The position numbers and the translations under genes are program-made. A stretch of 64,000 bases of DNA from Phaeosaccion multiseriatum (taxonomy: Eukaryota > Protista > Ochrophyta, other classes), in the NCBI GenBank assembly GCA_965112735.1, contig OZ218955.1, forward strand, positions 1,860,001 through 1,924,000. The letters are read 5' to 3'. Shown in pieces: positions 11,362 through 25,101 of this stretch; positions within the stretch are counted from its first letter, which is position 1, and every line of letters starts with the position of its first letter. Below the pieces are notes generated by a model. It saw only the letters and a program-made list of their open reading frames with translations. It made no database searches and was not told the DNA's origin.

Positions 11362-13126
11362 GCAGTAGCGGCAGCGGCAGCAGCAGTAGTCCTAGTTGTA
11401 GTCGTAGTCGTAGCCCCTCCGACAGGTGGTACCGCACGTCTTCTTTCACCACGGCGCTCCTCTCTTGCCTTGTCCTGGTCACGAGTCTGCGCTGGGCTTC
11501 GAGTCGGGCTCACCTCTTCGGGACAGATGCAGCGACAGCCTTCTCTCTGTGGGGTTCAGTGGCGCCTCTGCCCTTGTTGGTGGTCGGGCTGGCGTGGGCA
11601 AGGGGGGAGGGGATGGCACTACTTGCACCGGCACTTGAAGTTGCACCGCGTTGGCTGCAGGCTCTCGCCACTGCTCTTCTCTCGTCCTCTCACTCTTGGT
11701 CTGGTTCATCGCCGTCGGAAGGGCTGCAAGGAGGGAGGGGCGAAGGAGGACGAGGACGAGGAGAAGGAGGAGGAGGAGGAGGAGGAGGAGGAGGAGGAGG
11801 AGGAGGAGGAGGAGGAGGAGGAGGAAGAGGAGGAGGAGGAGGGGGGCGCACTTTTCCCCGTCTCGACGCTCACGAACTTGACGAGCGGACGACGACGATG
11901 ATGAGGGTGTTGGTGATGGTGCGTCGCCATCTTCACTTGGGGCTGCACGCCGTGAGCACCCTCTGCGTGTGCTGCTACTGGCTGTGGGAGGTGTGGGAGG
12001 TTAGGGAGTGGCTCCTGCCGGCAGGGGACGGTACCATGCATAGGCACCACAGCAGCAGGGGGGGTGGGGGGGCAGTTGGTGATACAGCAGTGGGAGAGGA
12101 AGCGGAGCATCACGATCATGACGTGGGGAATGACTTGTACCCGCACCTGCCGGCAGAGGGAGAGAAAGGAGGAGGGATCATCCCTTGGGGGCCTCACCAC
12201 TACCTGGCCACGCTACCCCACCTCGTCCTGCCGAGGGTGGTGTATGTGTTTGCCTTGCTTGGGGTGACTTGGGCCCTGCTGCAGCAGCAGTTGGTGATAC
12301 AGCAGCAGCAGCACCAGCACCGTAGGACAAAGGGAACAATACCATCCGAGGAGGCGAGAGCAGGAGCAGCGCTTCCAAGTCGAGGAGAAGGAGAAGGAGG
12401 GGGGGGGGGGGGCGGCATGGAAGGAGACCAAAAGGTGTGTACAGCGGCGCCTCTGTCCCTGCAGGGGAGGCTGTGCCGAGGCGTCGCATCTGTGAGCTCG
12501 CACCTGTGCTCTGTGCTGCTGCTGCTCCTCGGTCCCGCGTCTCCGCCCACGCTGCTGCTCGTGCTGCTCTCAGGGGGGGCCTCCTTCGCTCTTATTCGCT
12601 CGGCAGCAGTTGCAGTTGGTGATACAGCAGCAGCAGCAGCAGCAGACGGAGAGGAAGGGGTCGCCTTGCTTGGGTCCAGGGCGCCACACAGGGCGGACGG
12701 CTGCTCCACTCCCATTCCCACTCACAGTCGGGCTCGGAGCCGTATCACCACCCCGTCTACTCTGTTGATGCTCGTAACTGCTGAAATGGGTCTGCTGTGC
12801 ACTCGCTCCTTCTTCTTCGCCACCGGACATCACACCCAGTTCTCCCGTCTGCAGTACGGGTGCGCCTTTATTGGCTTCGACACCTTCCACCTCCATCTCG
12901 CGGGGTTACTTCTCTTCCTCAACACCTTTGGTATCGACCTGATGGCCGCACTCGCCCTGCCGGTGGTGGCAGCAAGTTTGGTGGTGACGACAAAGGAGGT
13001 GAATATGGCAAATGATGATGATGATGCTGCTGCTGCTGATGATGATGATAGTGGTGGTGGTGGCGGTAGTGGTGGTGAACGAGGAGGAGGAGGAGGAGGA
13101 GGAGCCGGGGAGCAGCGAGGAGGGGC

Positions 13127-13162
<36 letters not shown>

Positions 13163-14650
13163 TCCTCGGAAGGGGGATGATGCACGAGAAGAGGAGGACG
13201 CAGGAGGAGGCATGCTTCTCGCTCGCCTCGAGGAGCTGAGCTGCTACCAGGTGCAGTACGGTGCCGGGGGGGGGAGGGAGGGAGGGAGGGAGGGAGGGAA
13301 GGAGGGGCAAGTGGCAATGGATGGCGCTGGAGGGGGGGGGGGGCGAAGCAGTGACGCTTTTTGTCTCGTGTTTTGTGGGCTCACTGTCGGTGACGGGGCT
13401 CAGCCCGTGTAACGCCCATATATATATTAACAGGCTTGGGGTTAGCTCTGTGTAGGAGAGAGAGAGAGAGAGAGTGTGTGGGTGTGTGGGTGTGTGGGTG
13501 TGTGGGTGTGGGAGTGGGGGGGGGGGGGAGGGATGAAGGGTGATATATCTCTTACCCCATCTACCCCTACTCCCCACCCCGTATGCCCCATACCCCCGTA
13601 CCCCATACTCCTACACTTTATGTCTATACTCCATACCCCACCCTATTTCTTATACCCCATACCCCATACTCCTATACTCTATATCTATACCCCATACCCC
13701 ACCCTATTTCTTATACCCCATACCCCATACTCCTATACTCTATACCCCATCCCATCCTATATCCGATACCCCATACCCCGTATGTCCCATACCCTCATAC
13801 CCCATACTCCTACACTTTATGTCTATACCCCATACCCTACCCTATTTCTTATACCCCATACCCCATACTCCTATACTCTATACCCCATCCCATCCTATAT
13901 CCCATACCCCATACCCCGTATGTCCCATACCCTCATACCCCATACTCCTACACTTTATGTCTATACCCCATACCCTACCCTATTTCTTATACCCCATACC
14001 CCATACTCCTATACTCTATACCCCATCCCATCCTATATCCCATACCCCATACCCCGTATGCCCCATACCCCCATACCCCATACTCCTACACTTTATGTCT
14101 ATACCCCATACCCCACCCTATTTCTTATACCCCATACCCCATACCCCTATCTACACTCTATACCCCATCCCATCCTATATCCCATACCCCATACCCCATA
14201 CCCCATACTCACATACTATATACCCCATACCCTCCACCCTCATCAGGCTCTGCTGTGCACGGTGCGCGTGACGCTCTCTGTGCTCAATGTGTCTCTACAG
14301 CGTGAGCACCTCATGCTCTGGGCCACCTTCGCCCCCAAGGTACGGTACACCAGTTGGTCATTCAGAATAGACCAGCGCAGCGCAGAGCAGTTGGTGATAT
14401 ATACCACCCACCCACTCACATACCCGCTCACCCTCACTCACCCACCCTACCCCCACCGACTCACCCACTCACCTACAACCCCACCCGCCCCACCCTCCGC
14501 TCCAAGGTGGTGTTCGACGCCTCTACCCACGCCGTGTCATGTGTGAGCATGGTGCTCATGTGGCTGGTGGTGAGTCGGTGGGTGCACCTGCACAGACGAG
14601 CGGCCCTCTCCAGGACGAGAAGGGAGGCGGCTCGGGCCAAGCAGTGGTGA
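6288..14650 (+). CDS. PIGO: GPI ethanolamine phosphate transferase 3 (PIG-O/GPI13)
   Basis: Motifs [81 protein letters not shown] and REHLMLWATFAPK. Exons ~6288-6446, 6611-7206, 7579-7761, 7977-8083, 8432-8518, 8691-8737, 8958-9317, 9574-9628, 9818-9965, 10227-13250 (apparent frameshift near 10753), 14247-14339 and 14507-14650. Confidence 0.93.
7274..7547. repeat. (CCT)n microsatellite, intronic
   Basis: Long imperfect CCT run in PIG-O intron 2. Confidence 0.95.
13575..14235. repeat. Higher-order minisatellite: 138-bp unit built from CCCCATA-like heptamers
   Basis: The landmark TATG(T/C)CCCAT recurs at 13781, 13919 and 14057 (138-bp period). It lies in a PIG-O intron. Confidence 0.9.
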
Positions 14651-14880
14651 AGGGGAGAGAGAGAGAGAGAGAGCGGGGTGCGGGGCGAGGGGGGGACGAC
14701 CGAGACTTGACGCTGTCGCGCTTCGGCGGCGTTGGATAGGTGGATGGACAGTTTCATCGATAGATAATAATGGCATCGGTTGGAGATACGAAGTGGTGTA
14801 TATTGCCGATGGCAGCCCACGGACGGGGAGGGCATGGGTAACGGTACATTGCAAGGCCGACCGAACGCCGATGCGATGCG

Positions 14881-14980
14881 ATGTATGTATGTATGTATGT
14901 ATGTATGTATGTATGTATGTATGTATGTATGTATGTATGTATGATATGTATGTATATATGTATGTATGTATGTATGTATG
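14881..14980. repeat. (ATGT)n microsatellite
   Basis: Directly visible between the convergent PIG-O and COPG 3' ends. Confidence 0.95.
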
Positions 14981-15542
14981 CGTATGACAATGGAAGGAGG
15001 TCCACATTGTTCTTGGGTAGAGAGAGAGAGAGAGAGGCTGTTTCGATGAAAAAGAGGCTCTTGCTTCATTATTGATTATCAATCATCTCACCTTGGTCTT
15101 TTGTTTCCCACCTGGAAGCTTCCCAAAGTGAATCACTTAATGACAAGCCCCTCACCCTTCCTCGCTTCCACCACCCCCCACACACCCCCCCCTCTCCCCG
15201 GGGGTGGCAACGAAAGCGTCGTAACGTGTGTTGAAGTGTCCTATCCTGTCTGTACCGACACAGTCATAAGTGGGTAGAGCAACATCATATCCCTTACTCC
15301 CAGTGACCGACTCCGAGTAAGTCACTAACTGACTCACTGCCTGCCTGCCTCCGTGAGTCACTCTGCCTCTGCCACGCCTCCGTTGGTGTCATACCATCAC
15401 TCACTGCTCTCTGTCTCTGTCTCTTCCTCCTCCTCCTCCTCCTCCTGGCCAACTGCCTGCCTCTGTACGGGTGCCGCCTCCGACTGCTTCTCCAGTGCCT
15501 CCCCCCCCCCCTCCCGTATAGCACACACGCACACACACACCC

Positions 15543-18500
15543 TTATCGGATGCAATCCGCCACCATCCTGCTGACGTCTTCGTCCTGTGACCGCACCGCA
15601 ATCTTGAGCACGGTACCCCCGCCCTGCCCCTGATCTCCAAGGCCCAACCCCGCCAGCACTAGCACGGGAATGTTGCCCACAAACACTCCGGACAGGTGCA
15701 AGGTGTGGGATGAGCCCGCCTTGGCTCCGCTGCGTACGGCGCCGGTGCCGTCGCACGTTTGCATGCCCAGGAAGTCCACCACCTTCATCGCAGAGGAGGA
15801 GGAGGAGGAGGAGGAGGAGGAGGAAGAGAAGGAGGGAGGGGAGGCAGGGGGTGTGGGTGGGGTGGGGTGGGGTGCGGGGGTTGCGAGTGTGAGGTTGGAT
15901 GTGAGTGCAAGAAGGACCGTCAAGGAGAAGACAAGTCTCTCTCCCTCTCTCTCTCTCTATCTGATCTCTCCGTCCCTCTCTCCCTCCCACTCCCTCCTCC
16001 TTACCGCGCTGACGGCCTCCTCCAGTGTCTTAAACTGTAACGCAAACTTCTCTTGCACCTCCCCCTCGGCCCCCATAGTCTCCCAACTGCGGCGGAAGTC
16101 TCCGAGAGACACCTTGGCCATGAAGTCTGACGTCGAAATCTGTAACGGTGTTGTATGAAATGCAGTTGCACGTGCAGTACAGTACAAGTGTGTAGTACAA
16201 GGGGGTAGAGAGTAGGGGAAGGAAGGAAGGATGGAGGGGTGCGTTGGTGTGTGTGAGTGTCGGTGTGTGTGTGTGTAAAGAGCGGGAAGACAAGAGAGGA
16301 TTCAGTTCAGAAGACATTAACCGAGAAATCGACAAAAGCCGCCATCGATCCGCAACATCGAACCAAAAGCCGATATCATAACAACAACGACCACAGCCTA
16401 GAGGGAGGTACAGACAGACAGACCAACACGTCCACGGCCTTTGCTCGCTCCCATACTCATTTGCATCATTCCCTCCCTCCCTCCCTCCGTATCACCAACA
16501 CACTCACCTCTAGGTCCTCCAGCGGGTACTCCTCCGGGAAGCCCTCGTCCTCCCCCTCCACCTCCCCAGTCACGGGATCAACATCCACCACCTTAAACCT
16601 TAACTCGCACGTGAGGCTAACGGGCTCGATGGCCACGTCCATGGCTCGACTTAACACCTTCGGGTTAACGGCAGGGGGAGAGAGAGAAGGAGGAGGGAGG
16701 GAGGGGGGAGGAGGAACGAAGGAAGGAAGGAAGGAAGGAAGGGAGGGAGGCAGGGAAGGAGTTGGAATTGCATGCAATTAGGTACACGACACCTGATACC
16801 GACCACCTGACACCCCACAACCCTCCTCCTTCCTCACCCTCCCTCCCTTGCTCCCTCCCTCTCCCCCTTCCTCTCTCCCTCCCCCCCGTCCCTCCTCCCT
16901 CCCTCCCTCCCTCCCTCCCTCCCTTCCTTCCTCCCTCCGTACCACGTAGGTATGTCCGGTCTCGTCATAGCGCAGGGCGGGGAGAGGCACCGACGCCACA
17001 GGGCTGTAGAGCTCCGGCTCTGAGCACTCCACCTCCACGCACACCTCCTTGAGCATCTGATCGTTGATGGTGTTGTGCACAGCGAAGTCCAGCACCACGT
17101 GCTCGTCCATGATGTGCCTGTGTTGGTGATACACAAGGACGGGAGGGAGGGAGGGAGGGAAGGGGGGAGGGGGTGAGGTGTGGGTGGGAGAGAGAGGGAG
17201 GGAGGGAGGGAGGGAGGTAAGGAGGAGGGGGAGGGAGAGAGAGGGTTGTGGGGGGGTGGGTGAGTGGGATGAGGGGCAAATGGGGGGTGCGGGTAAGTCA
17301 GGAGGGGGGTTCAAATGAATGGGGAGAGATACTTGAAACGGGCGGGGTGTTATGTAAGGTTCTGTAAAGCGCTTGTAAGGCGTTAGTTATGCAAGGCGTT
17401 ACGTAAGGCGTTACGTACCTCGTACACCGCACCACGTACTCCGTCTCACTCTCACTTAACGCCACGGGGGGCGAGGAGCGGAAGGCGCGGCCGAAGGGAG
17501 CCAACTCGGGCACTGTAGCAAGAGCAGCAGCAGGGTCCTCTGCTTCCACTCGAGACGCAGCCACTGTGTGTGTGTGGGTGGTTGCGTGGGTGGGTGGAGT
17601 AGAGGACAAGGGGAGGGAAGGGAAGGGACGGGAAGGGAAGTGAAGGGAAGGCAAGGCAAGGAATGGTGAAGAGAGAAGAGAAGAGGGGGGGGGGGGGGGG
17701 AGGACGGGCGGCTGGGTGGGTAGGTGCGTTTGTGCTGTGCTGTGCTATGCCTAAAGACGTACCGCTGTCCCCTCCTCCCGCGGCTCCTCCCCCGGGCACA
17801 TCGACTTGTGCAGGCCTGACCTCCTCCACAACGGGCAGGGACAGGAAGGTCAAGGGCTGGCCCTCAGTGGCAGACAGGTGCTGGGACTGAGCCTGGGGGG
17901 GAGGTGAGCGCAGGAGGGAGGAGGAGGAGGAGGAGGAGGAGGAGAGCAAGGGTGAGGAGGAGAGGAGAACAACAATACCAACAAAACTAACCGAACAAAG
18001 AACAACAACAACAACAACAACAACAACAATAATAATAATAACCAATGAAGAAGGAACAAGATAAACCACTATCACTATGCAACACCACCCCCGTACCCTT
18101 CCTTACCTTCACGGCCCTGTCGAGCTGTCCGAAGCTCATAGGCAGCTTCTCAGTGAGCAGATACGACAAGTCCCCGGGCACCACCGCTGCTGCCGAGGTC
18201 GGTTCTGAAGTGGGGAGGTCGGCATTCGCCTCATCATTGTCGTTGTCGCCCCCCGGGGTGGTGATGACGTCACCCTCGAGCAACTTGAGGGCAACGGTGG
18301 CTCGGTCCCGGACCTGCAGCAGTAGGGTACGGTATACAGTAGAAGAAAACGCAGTAGGGTGGGGTAAATCAGGGGATGAATCAGGCCATAAGTCAGGGGA
18401 GGAATGAGCGTATGGACGGGGGACTCGTGTATGAATAGGTGGTGTCTGCTGTGATGTGGTGTGTTGAGTGGAGTGGACTGGAGTGGACAAAATACTTGTA

Positions 18501-21500
18501 ACAGCCAATACTGCAGCAAGCAGCAACGATACGGTACGGTACCTCGTCGTCCTCGTCCACGAGCGATCGCTTCAGCAGCACACGGATCGAGGGCCTCAGG
18601 GAGGGCACCTCTGCGCCGAAGCGAGCAAGAGCAGACACCGCTGCGGCTCGGACAGCGGCGTTCTCCTGAAAAGAAGGGTGAGGGGTGAGGGGTGAGGACC
18701 GAGGGTGGGTCAGAGAGAGGGGGTAGAAAGGGGAAACAGAAGGCAGAGGGAGAGGGCATAGGGGGTGCGTCAGGGGGAGGGGTTAGGAGAGTGAGAACAA
18801 GGACAGGCAGATGGGGGCGCGTGGGTCGGAACGTAAGAATACAGGATACACTGTTGCTGAGCTGTTGTTGTTGTTTTCTTGCTGACTTACGAGGATGACC
18901 CGGTTGTAGACGAAGCGAATGTACCGCGGAGGGACGGAGGTGGTGGGGCCCATGACCCCCACGAGGTAGAGGATTTGCGTTGACAACGCACTGAACTCGC
19001 AGTCCTGGGGAGGGGGGTAGACGGGGTGAGTGGGTGAGTGAGTGAGTGCGAGAGTGAGTGAGTGAATGAGTGAGTGAGTGGGTGAGTGAGTGAATGAGTG
19101 AGTGGGTGAGTGAGTGAGTGAGTGTGTGAGAGAGTGAGTGAGTGGGTGAGTGGGTGAGTGGGTGAGTGAGTGAGTGTGTGATTGAGTGAGTGAGTGGGTG
19201 AGTGAGTGAGTGAGTGAGTGGGTGAGTGAGTGAATGAGTGAGTGGGTGAGTGAGTGAGTGGGTGAGTGAGTGAGTGATAGGGTGAGTCAGTGAGTCAGTG
19301 AGTGGGTGAGTGGGTGAGAGAGTGAGTGAGTGAGTGAGTGGGTGAGTGAGTGAGTGGGTGGGTGAGTGGGTGAATGGGTGAGCGAGTGAGTGAGTGAGTG
19401 AGTGAGTGAGTGAGTGAGTGAGTGAGTAGGTGAGTGGGTGAGTGAGTGAGTCCGAGTGGGAATTCAGAGGAGGGGTACACATAGAGGGAGGGCAGGGGGG
19501 TGGGTAGGAGGGTAGGAGGGAGGGTAAGCCCCGGCGGGGAGGCTTCTTCCTCTCTGCCTTCTCTCACCTCAATGAAGTCACAGAGATGGAACAGGCTGCT
19601 CTCTTTGGTCTCCGGGATGGCGGTCATGAGCTCCACGATGCAGTCCACTATGCTCTTCTTGAAGTCGAAGCCGCCTGAGAGAGGCACACACAGAGAGAGG
19701 AGAGAGAGAGAGAGAGAGAGTGAGAAAGAGGGTGGCGGGGCAGGGCAGAGAGAGAGAGGGAGGAGAGAGGGAGAGAGAGAAAGGAGAGAGAACAACCAAG
19801 ATGGAGAGAGAGAGAGAGAGAGGAAGAGAAAGCAAGGGCGAGTGATTGAGAGGGAGAGAGAGAGCAAGAGAGAGAAAAAAAACAAAGTGGAGAGAGAGAA
19901 AGGAGAGAGAACAACCAAGATGGAGAGAGGGAGAGAGAGAAAGGAGGGTTCCAGCGTTGTTCGTGTCACAAGGGCGCACGGTCCAATTGCCTGATAGGGC
20001 AGAGGGGACAGTCACCCCCTCCCCCCCCCCTCGTGATGGAAGGAAGCCCCCTTGGCCTTCCCCTCCCCCACGCCTTTGATGTCCCATCTCTCATCTCTAC
20101 CCCCCCCACCCCCCCCACGCACCTTCCTCGCGCAGGAAAGTGGCGAGGAAGCCGACCAACACGCGGTGCTTCTGTGGGTACTTGAGGCACAGCTGACGAA
20201 TGGCCTGTGTGGTAGGGGAGGGAGGAAGGGAAGGAGGGAGGGAGGGAGGGGGGCAGGGAGGGAGGGAGGGAGGCAGGGAGGGAGGGAGGCAGGGAGGGAG
20301 GGCGTGAGAGAGTGCAAAGGAAGAGGCGGTGCGGTCGCTTTCATGCCTCTGACCCTCTGACCCTGACCCTGACACGAACCCTACCCCTGACCCTGACCCT
20401 GACCCTGAGCCTTCCCGGTGACACCATGTACTGTACTGTACTGACCTTGACGACGATGATCTTGAACTCGTCAGCGATTTCGTTCATGAAGGACGAGATT
20501 TGCTTCATGAGCCGCTCGACATTGCTCTCTGCCCCGGTCTTGAGCAGCGTGGTGATGGCGAGGGTGGCGATGCTGCGGTTGGAGTCGCCGATCAGGGCCT
20601 GAGGAGAGGAGAAAGAGAGAGAGAGGGAGAGAGGCAGGGAGGGAAGGAGGGAAGAAGTCAGTCAGTCAGCCAGCCAGCCAAAGTAAAGTCAGCCAATTCC
20701 TTACTCCTTCTTCCTACCGTACAACAACCTTCTTACTACAAGAACTTGCTTCCTAAGGCACTACTCACCTCCATATCCTCGTTGCACTTGGCCGTGGCCA
20801 TGGGGTACCTCACAGCAACCTCGCTGAGTGTGCGCATTGCACCAAAGCGAAGGGTGGGCTTGGTGGAGGAGAGGAAGAGCTGCAGTACGGTGATGGCGGG
20901 CGACAGGTCATTCATCTCCACGCCTGAGGGGAGAGGGAGAGGAGGAGGAGGAGGAGGAGGAGGAGGAGGAGGAGGGGGAGGAGCAGGAGGAGGAGGAGGA
21001 GGAGGAGAGGGAGGAGGAGGAGGAGGAGGAGAGGGAGGAGGAGGAGGAGGAGGAGGAGGAGGAGGAGGAGGAAGGTAGTGAACGGATTAGTCCGCAGGCT
21101 CGCATCGTGTGTGGCAGAGGATGGCAGTCCATGGCAGAGGAGTGAAAAACGGCAGTGTAAGGTTGTGTATGGCAATGCATGGCAGTGGACGGATGGCAGT
21201 TGATGGCACACTACCCACCTGGTAGGTTGCAGATGGCCCTGGCTGCCTCGTAAATGACGATTTCGCTGCGGTGGCGGAGGGAGCTCTCGAGGAACTGATA
21301 CGCTGCTCGAGCGTCGGTGGCACCCATGTCTGTGTGTTGGAGGGAGGGAGGAGAGGGAGGTACGGAGGAGGGGTTGAGAGAGGAAGGGAGGGGCGGGGGC
21401 AGGGGAGGGAGGGAGGGAGGGAGGGAAGGAAGTCGCCCTCCCTTCTTCAGACTTCAGACTTGTCCTGTTCCCTGACACCCCGTACCATACATACAAATAT

Positions 21501-24500
21501 ACGCACACATATACACACATACACATACACATACGCACATACACACGTGCATATACACGTACGTGCATACATCCATACATACACACACACGTGCATACAC
21601 ACATACATGCATATACACATGCATACATACTCACGTACACACACGTGCATACACACATACATACATACATACATACCTTCGTGCAGGATCTTGGAGATGT
21701 AGCGGATGAGCAGACACGAAGCCAAAGGGGAGCGAATCGCACTACCCTTGCTGAGCTGTGTCACCATCTTGCTCACAGCCAGGCGGTCGTGTTGTTTGAT
21801 CTTGTACAGCAGGCAGAGGCCGTGGAACTGGACCATCTCGTGAGGCGATTGAATGGCCTCTTGCACCTCGTTGACCCAGCGCCGCACCACTTCAGGCGAG
21901 GTATCGTAGAGCATCATGCCGCTCACCAAGGCTGAGGAGGAGACTGAAAGGAAGAGGGGGGAAGGGGGGGGTGGGTGGGTGAGTGGGAGGGGGGGGGGGA
22001 GGAGAGGGAGGGAGGGGGGGAGGGAGAGAGAGGGGGGGAGAGAGAGGGTGAGGGGGTGAAAGGGAGGGACGGTGGGAGGGGGAGGGAGAGAGAAGACAGA
22101 AGAGGCGCAAGAAGGGAAGGGGACGAGGTCAGGGCACAGTGCATAGCACGCACTCCAACGCCAAGCAGCCAGGGAAGATTGTCAAGCAAAGTCAAGCACA
22201 GCAGCTTCCGATACCCAACCTCCTCCCTTTCCGCCTCCCCTCCCCGCTGCCACCCCACCGCCTGTGGATCTTGGACCCTATCTATCACCAACACCCACAC
22301 TTGGCACATTCCCACCTGGCCTTAGACGTACCTCACACCTCACACCTCACACGTCACACCTCACTCACTCACTCATTCAACTCATTCACGCACTCACTCA
22401 CTCATTCACTCACTCACTCACCAATGGCGTTCTTGTCGACGATTGCCTGCTTGATGTAACGCTCGATGGCACCGAGCATAGTGGCGTCAATGATCCTCGC
22501 AAGCACACGAATGGAGTTGGCGCGGTACAGATCCTCAGGGCAGTTCATGTCCTGGAGAGAAGGAGGGAGGAGAGGGACGGAGAGGGGGGGGGAGGAGAGG
22601 GAGGGAAGGAGGAGGGGTGCGATGGGAGGGTTTAGAGAGAGAGGGGAGGGGGTGCTCGTATCTCTTTCCACGCACACACGCACACACACACATCCACACA
22701 CTCATGCTCACACACGCTCTCATACTCGCACACACATCCCACACTCATACTCACACGCACTCGCACACACATACCCACACGCACACTCATGCTCACACGC
22801 ACACACATCCCACACTCATACTCACACGCACACTCATGCTCACACGCACACACATCCCACACTCATACCCACGCGCACACACACACCTTGGTGAGAGAGG
22901 AGGTGACGATGATAACGTCATCGGGGTTCGTGGCCTCAGCCACTTCCTTGATGAACAGGTACATCATACGCCGCAGGTTGTGGTCGTTGCTCTGGAACAA
23001 CTTGGTCACGCCGAAGAACACCTGCATGTGTTGGTAATACACGCAGCATGCAACCACACACACGCACACGCACATGCACATACAGGAAGAGAGGGGAGGA
23101 GAGGAGGGAGAGAGGACCAAAGTGAGTGAGAGAGAGAGACGAGAGTTTTGAGGGCCCAAGTTGGAGAGCAGAGCAGAGGAGAGCAGCATCTTCAAGGTCC
23201 GTGATTCGGCAGAGGGTTAGGCCGACACATACACACACAGAGAGAGAGAGAGAGAGAAAGGCGAACAGAGTAGAAGAGAAAAAGAGTGCCCACGTACACA
23301 CGCACGGACGCACACATGCACGCACCCACCCATTGACTTATGTACCCACCTCTGTGATCTCCCCGCTGGTGAGGTGCTCGCCTTGGGTGATGATGTGCAT
23401 GAGTTTAGTGATAAGCTGGCAGCAGCGGCGGGGGTGGTTGGTGACCACGTTGGAGTCATTGAACACTCGGCATCCTTGCAGCACTGTGGCCTTCTCCAGG
23501 TCGTGGTAGGGGGAGACTTAACGGGGTTTGTTTGGGTATATTTATTGGGGGAGGAGGAGGGGCAGGGAAGGGGGAGGTGCGGGGAGAGAGAGAGGAAGCA
23601 GGGGGGCGAGGGGGGAGAGGGAGGAGAGGGAGATGAGGGAGATGTTAGAATTGGTGTGATGGTGTGGTCCTTCAACCCCACAAGGAAGGCCCTCTCTCTC
23701 CGTTCATCCCCATTCACCACGGCACTAAAGTACTGTGCTATTCCTGCACCTTGCATTGACCACTGCCAGCGCTCCTGCGCCGCTTGTCTTTGGCTTTGCT
23801 TCGGCGCCCTACCCTTGTGCACGACTGACTGACTGACTGACTGACTGACTAACTGAATGAATGAATGACTGACTGACTGACTGCGTCAATGCCAATGTTC
23901 GAGCGGCCCTTGTGAGTGTCTCAACGACTGTCTGACCGACTGACTTGATATTGAATCAATACCATCCTGTCCCTTCCAACGGTGCCCTCCTTTGCTATGT
24001 GCCCCACGGAGGACCGCCGAGCAGCCCGCCCCTCCCTCGCAAGTGCAATTCGCATGGTAGTAGTATGGTACAAGCCCCTCCAGTGAACACTGGATGAAGC
24101 TGCCACCAGCGCCAGCCCCAGCCCCAGCAGCAGCAGCAGCAGCAGCAGGGAGACATCCCTGCAGAGCCACCCCTGTGCAACCCACTTCTTGCCCAATCAC
24201 ATTGGAGAGGAGAGAGAGAGCAACTGCCCCCCAGTCAATCAGGTGCTCCTCCGTCCCTGCTCTGATCCTCTACCTCTCTGTTGGAGCGCTTGCCGTACCA
24301 CCCGCACCCCTTCCTTCCTTGTCCACTTGGCACCGCCCCCTGCATCCCTTATCCCCCTTAGATCAATCCGTCCTCTGCCGCCTGCCATCCCTCCTCCTCC
24401 GTGCCTGGCCCTTTCCTGCGAGAGACCAGTGTCCCTCCTTGTAGACTTGCCTATCCTTGATCCCCTTCCCTCTCTCTCTCCATTTCATGCACTTACTGTC

Positions 24501-24569
24501 TTCTTCGTCCTCGTTCTTGAATTTATCCTTGAGCCCCTGAATCTCCTTGAGCACGCCCTCCACCGTCAT
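15543..24569 (-). CDS. COPG: Coatomer subunit gamma (gamma-COP)
   Basis: About 19 exons reading [24 protein letters not shown] / [14 protein letters not shown] / [11 protein letters not shown]...[11 protein letters not shown] / RANSIRVL / [11 protein letters not shown] / [11 protein letters not shown] / [11 protein letters not shown] / [14 protein letters not shown] / EEYPLEDLE / [21 protein letters not shown]. Alternative in-frame ATGs lie at 24602-24608. Confidence 0.96.
19025..19450. repeat. (GTGA)n / (TCAC)n microsatellite, intronic
   Basis: About 425-bp imperfect run in a COPG intron. Confidence 0.95.
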
Positions 24570-24608
24570 GGACGGCCCCAACCCTTCCCCTTGATTCTCC
24601 ATCATCAT

Positions 24609-25101
24609 GATCTCAGCTCAGGCGCCCAGCGGTAGCCGCCTTCCGTCACCACTGGTGCCTGTTTTTAGCTCCCCCACGGGCAGGCAGAAATGTTCCCTGA
24701 TGGCGCTAGAGCTTGGCTCCCTGGCCTTCCTCGATGCCCGCCTCCACAACTCCAGAAAAGAGAGCTCTCCGCCACCTGACACGCTCTCACCCTCTCCCCT
24801 CTCTCGTCCGCTCCTCCTTCTTCACAACAACAACACTTCCTCCCCCATCTGAAATTACGTAAGCCCTTTACGTAAGGGTAGGGAGGATCATCTCCATCTC
24901 GCGTCCAGAGAGCATTGGATTGAGGAGATTAGATGCGGGAGGGAGGCTTGAAACGTGTACAGATGGTGATGGGTGGGTGCTGTCTCGCAGGGAGTAAGGG
25001 ATCCTAAAGAAGAACAAGCTGGGCTGTCCTCCACTGGAAGAGGGTCGTTGAGAGAGGGGTATCACTCGAAGTCTTATCTCTGTTGGAAGGGCGTGTGAAG
25101 C
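24609..25101. promoter_or_regulatory. Bidirectional promoter region COPG/U2SURP with two TTACGTAA palindromes
   Basis: The start codons diverge ~530 bp apart. TTACGTAA occurs at 24855-24862 and 24868-24875. Confidence 0.55.

Noticed and set aside
13575-14235. Interstitial telomere
   Set aside because: The unit CCCCATA differs from CCCTAA and CCCTAAA, is heavily diverged and is intronic; kept only as a minisatellite.
23517-24497. snoRNA or nested gene in the long COPG intron 1
   Set aside because: The CTGA hits belong to a (TGAC)n microsatellite. I found no convincing C/D box pair or credible ORF.
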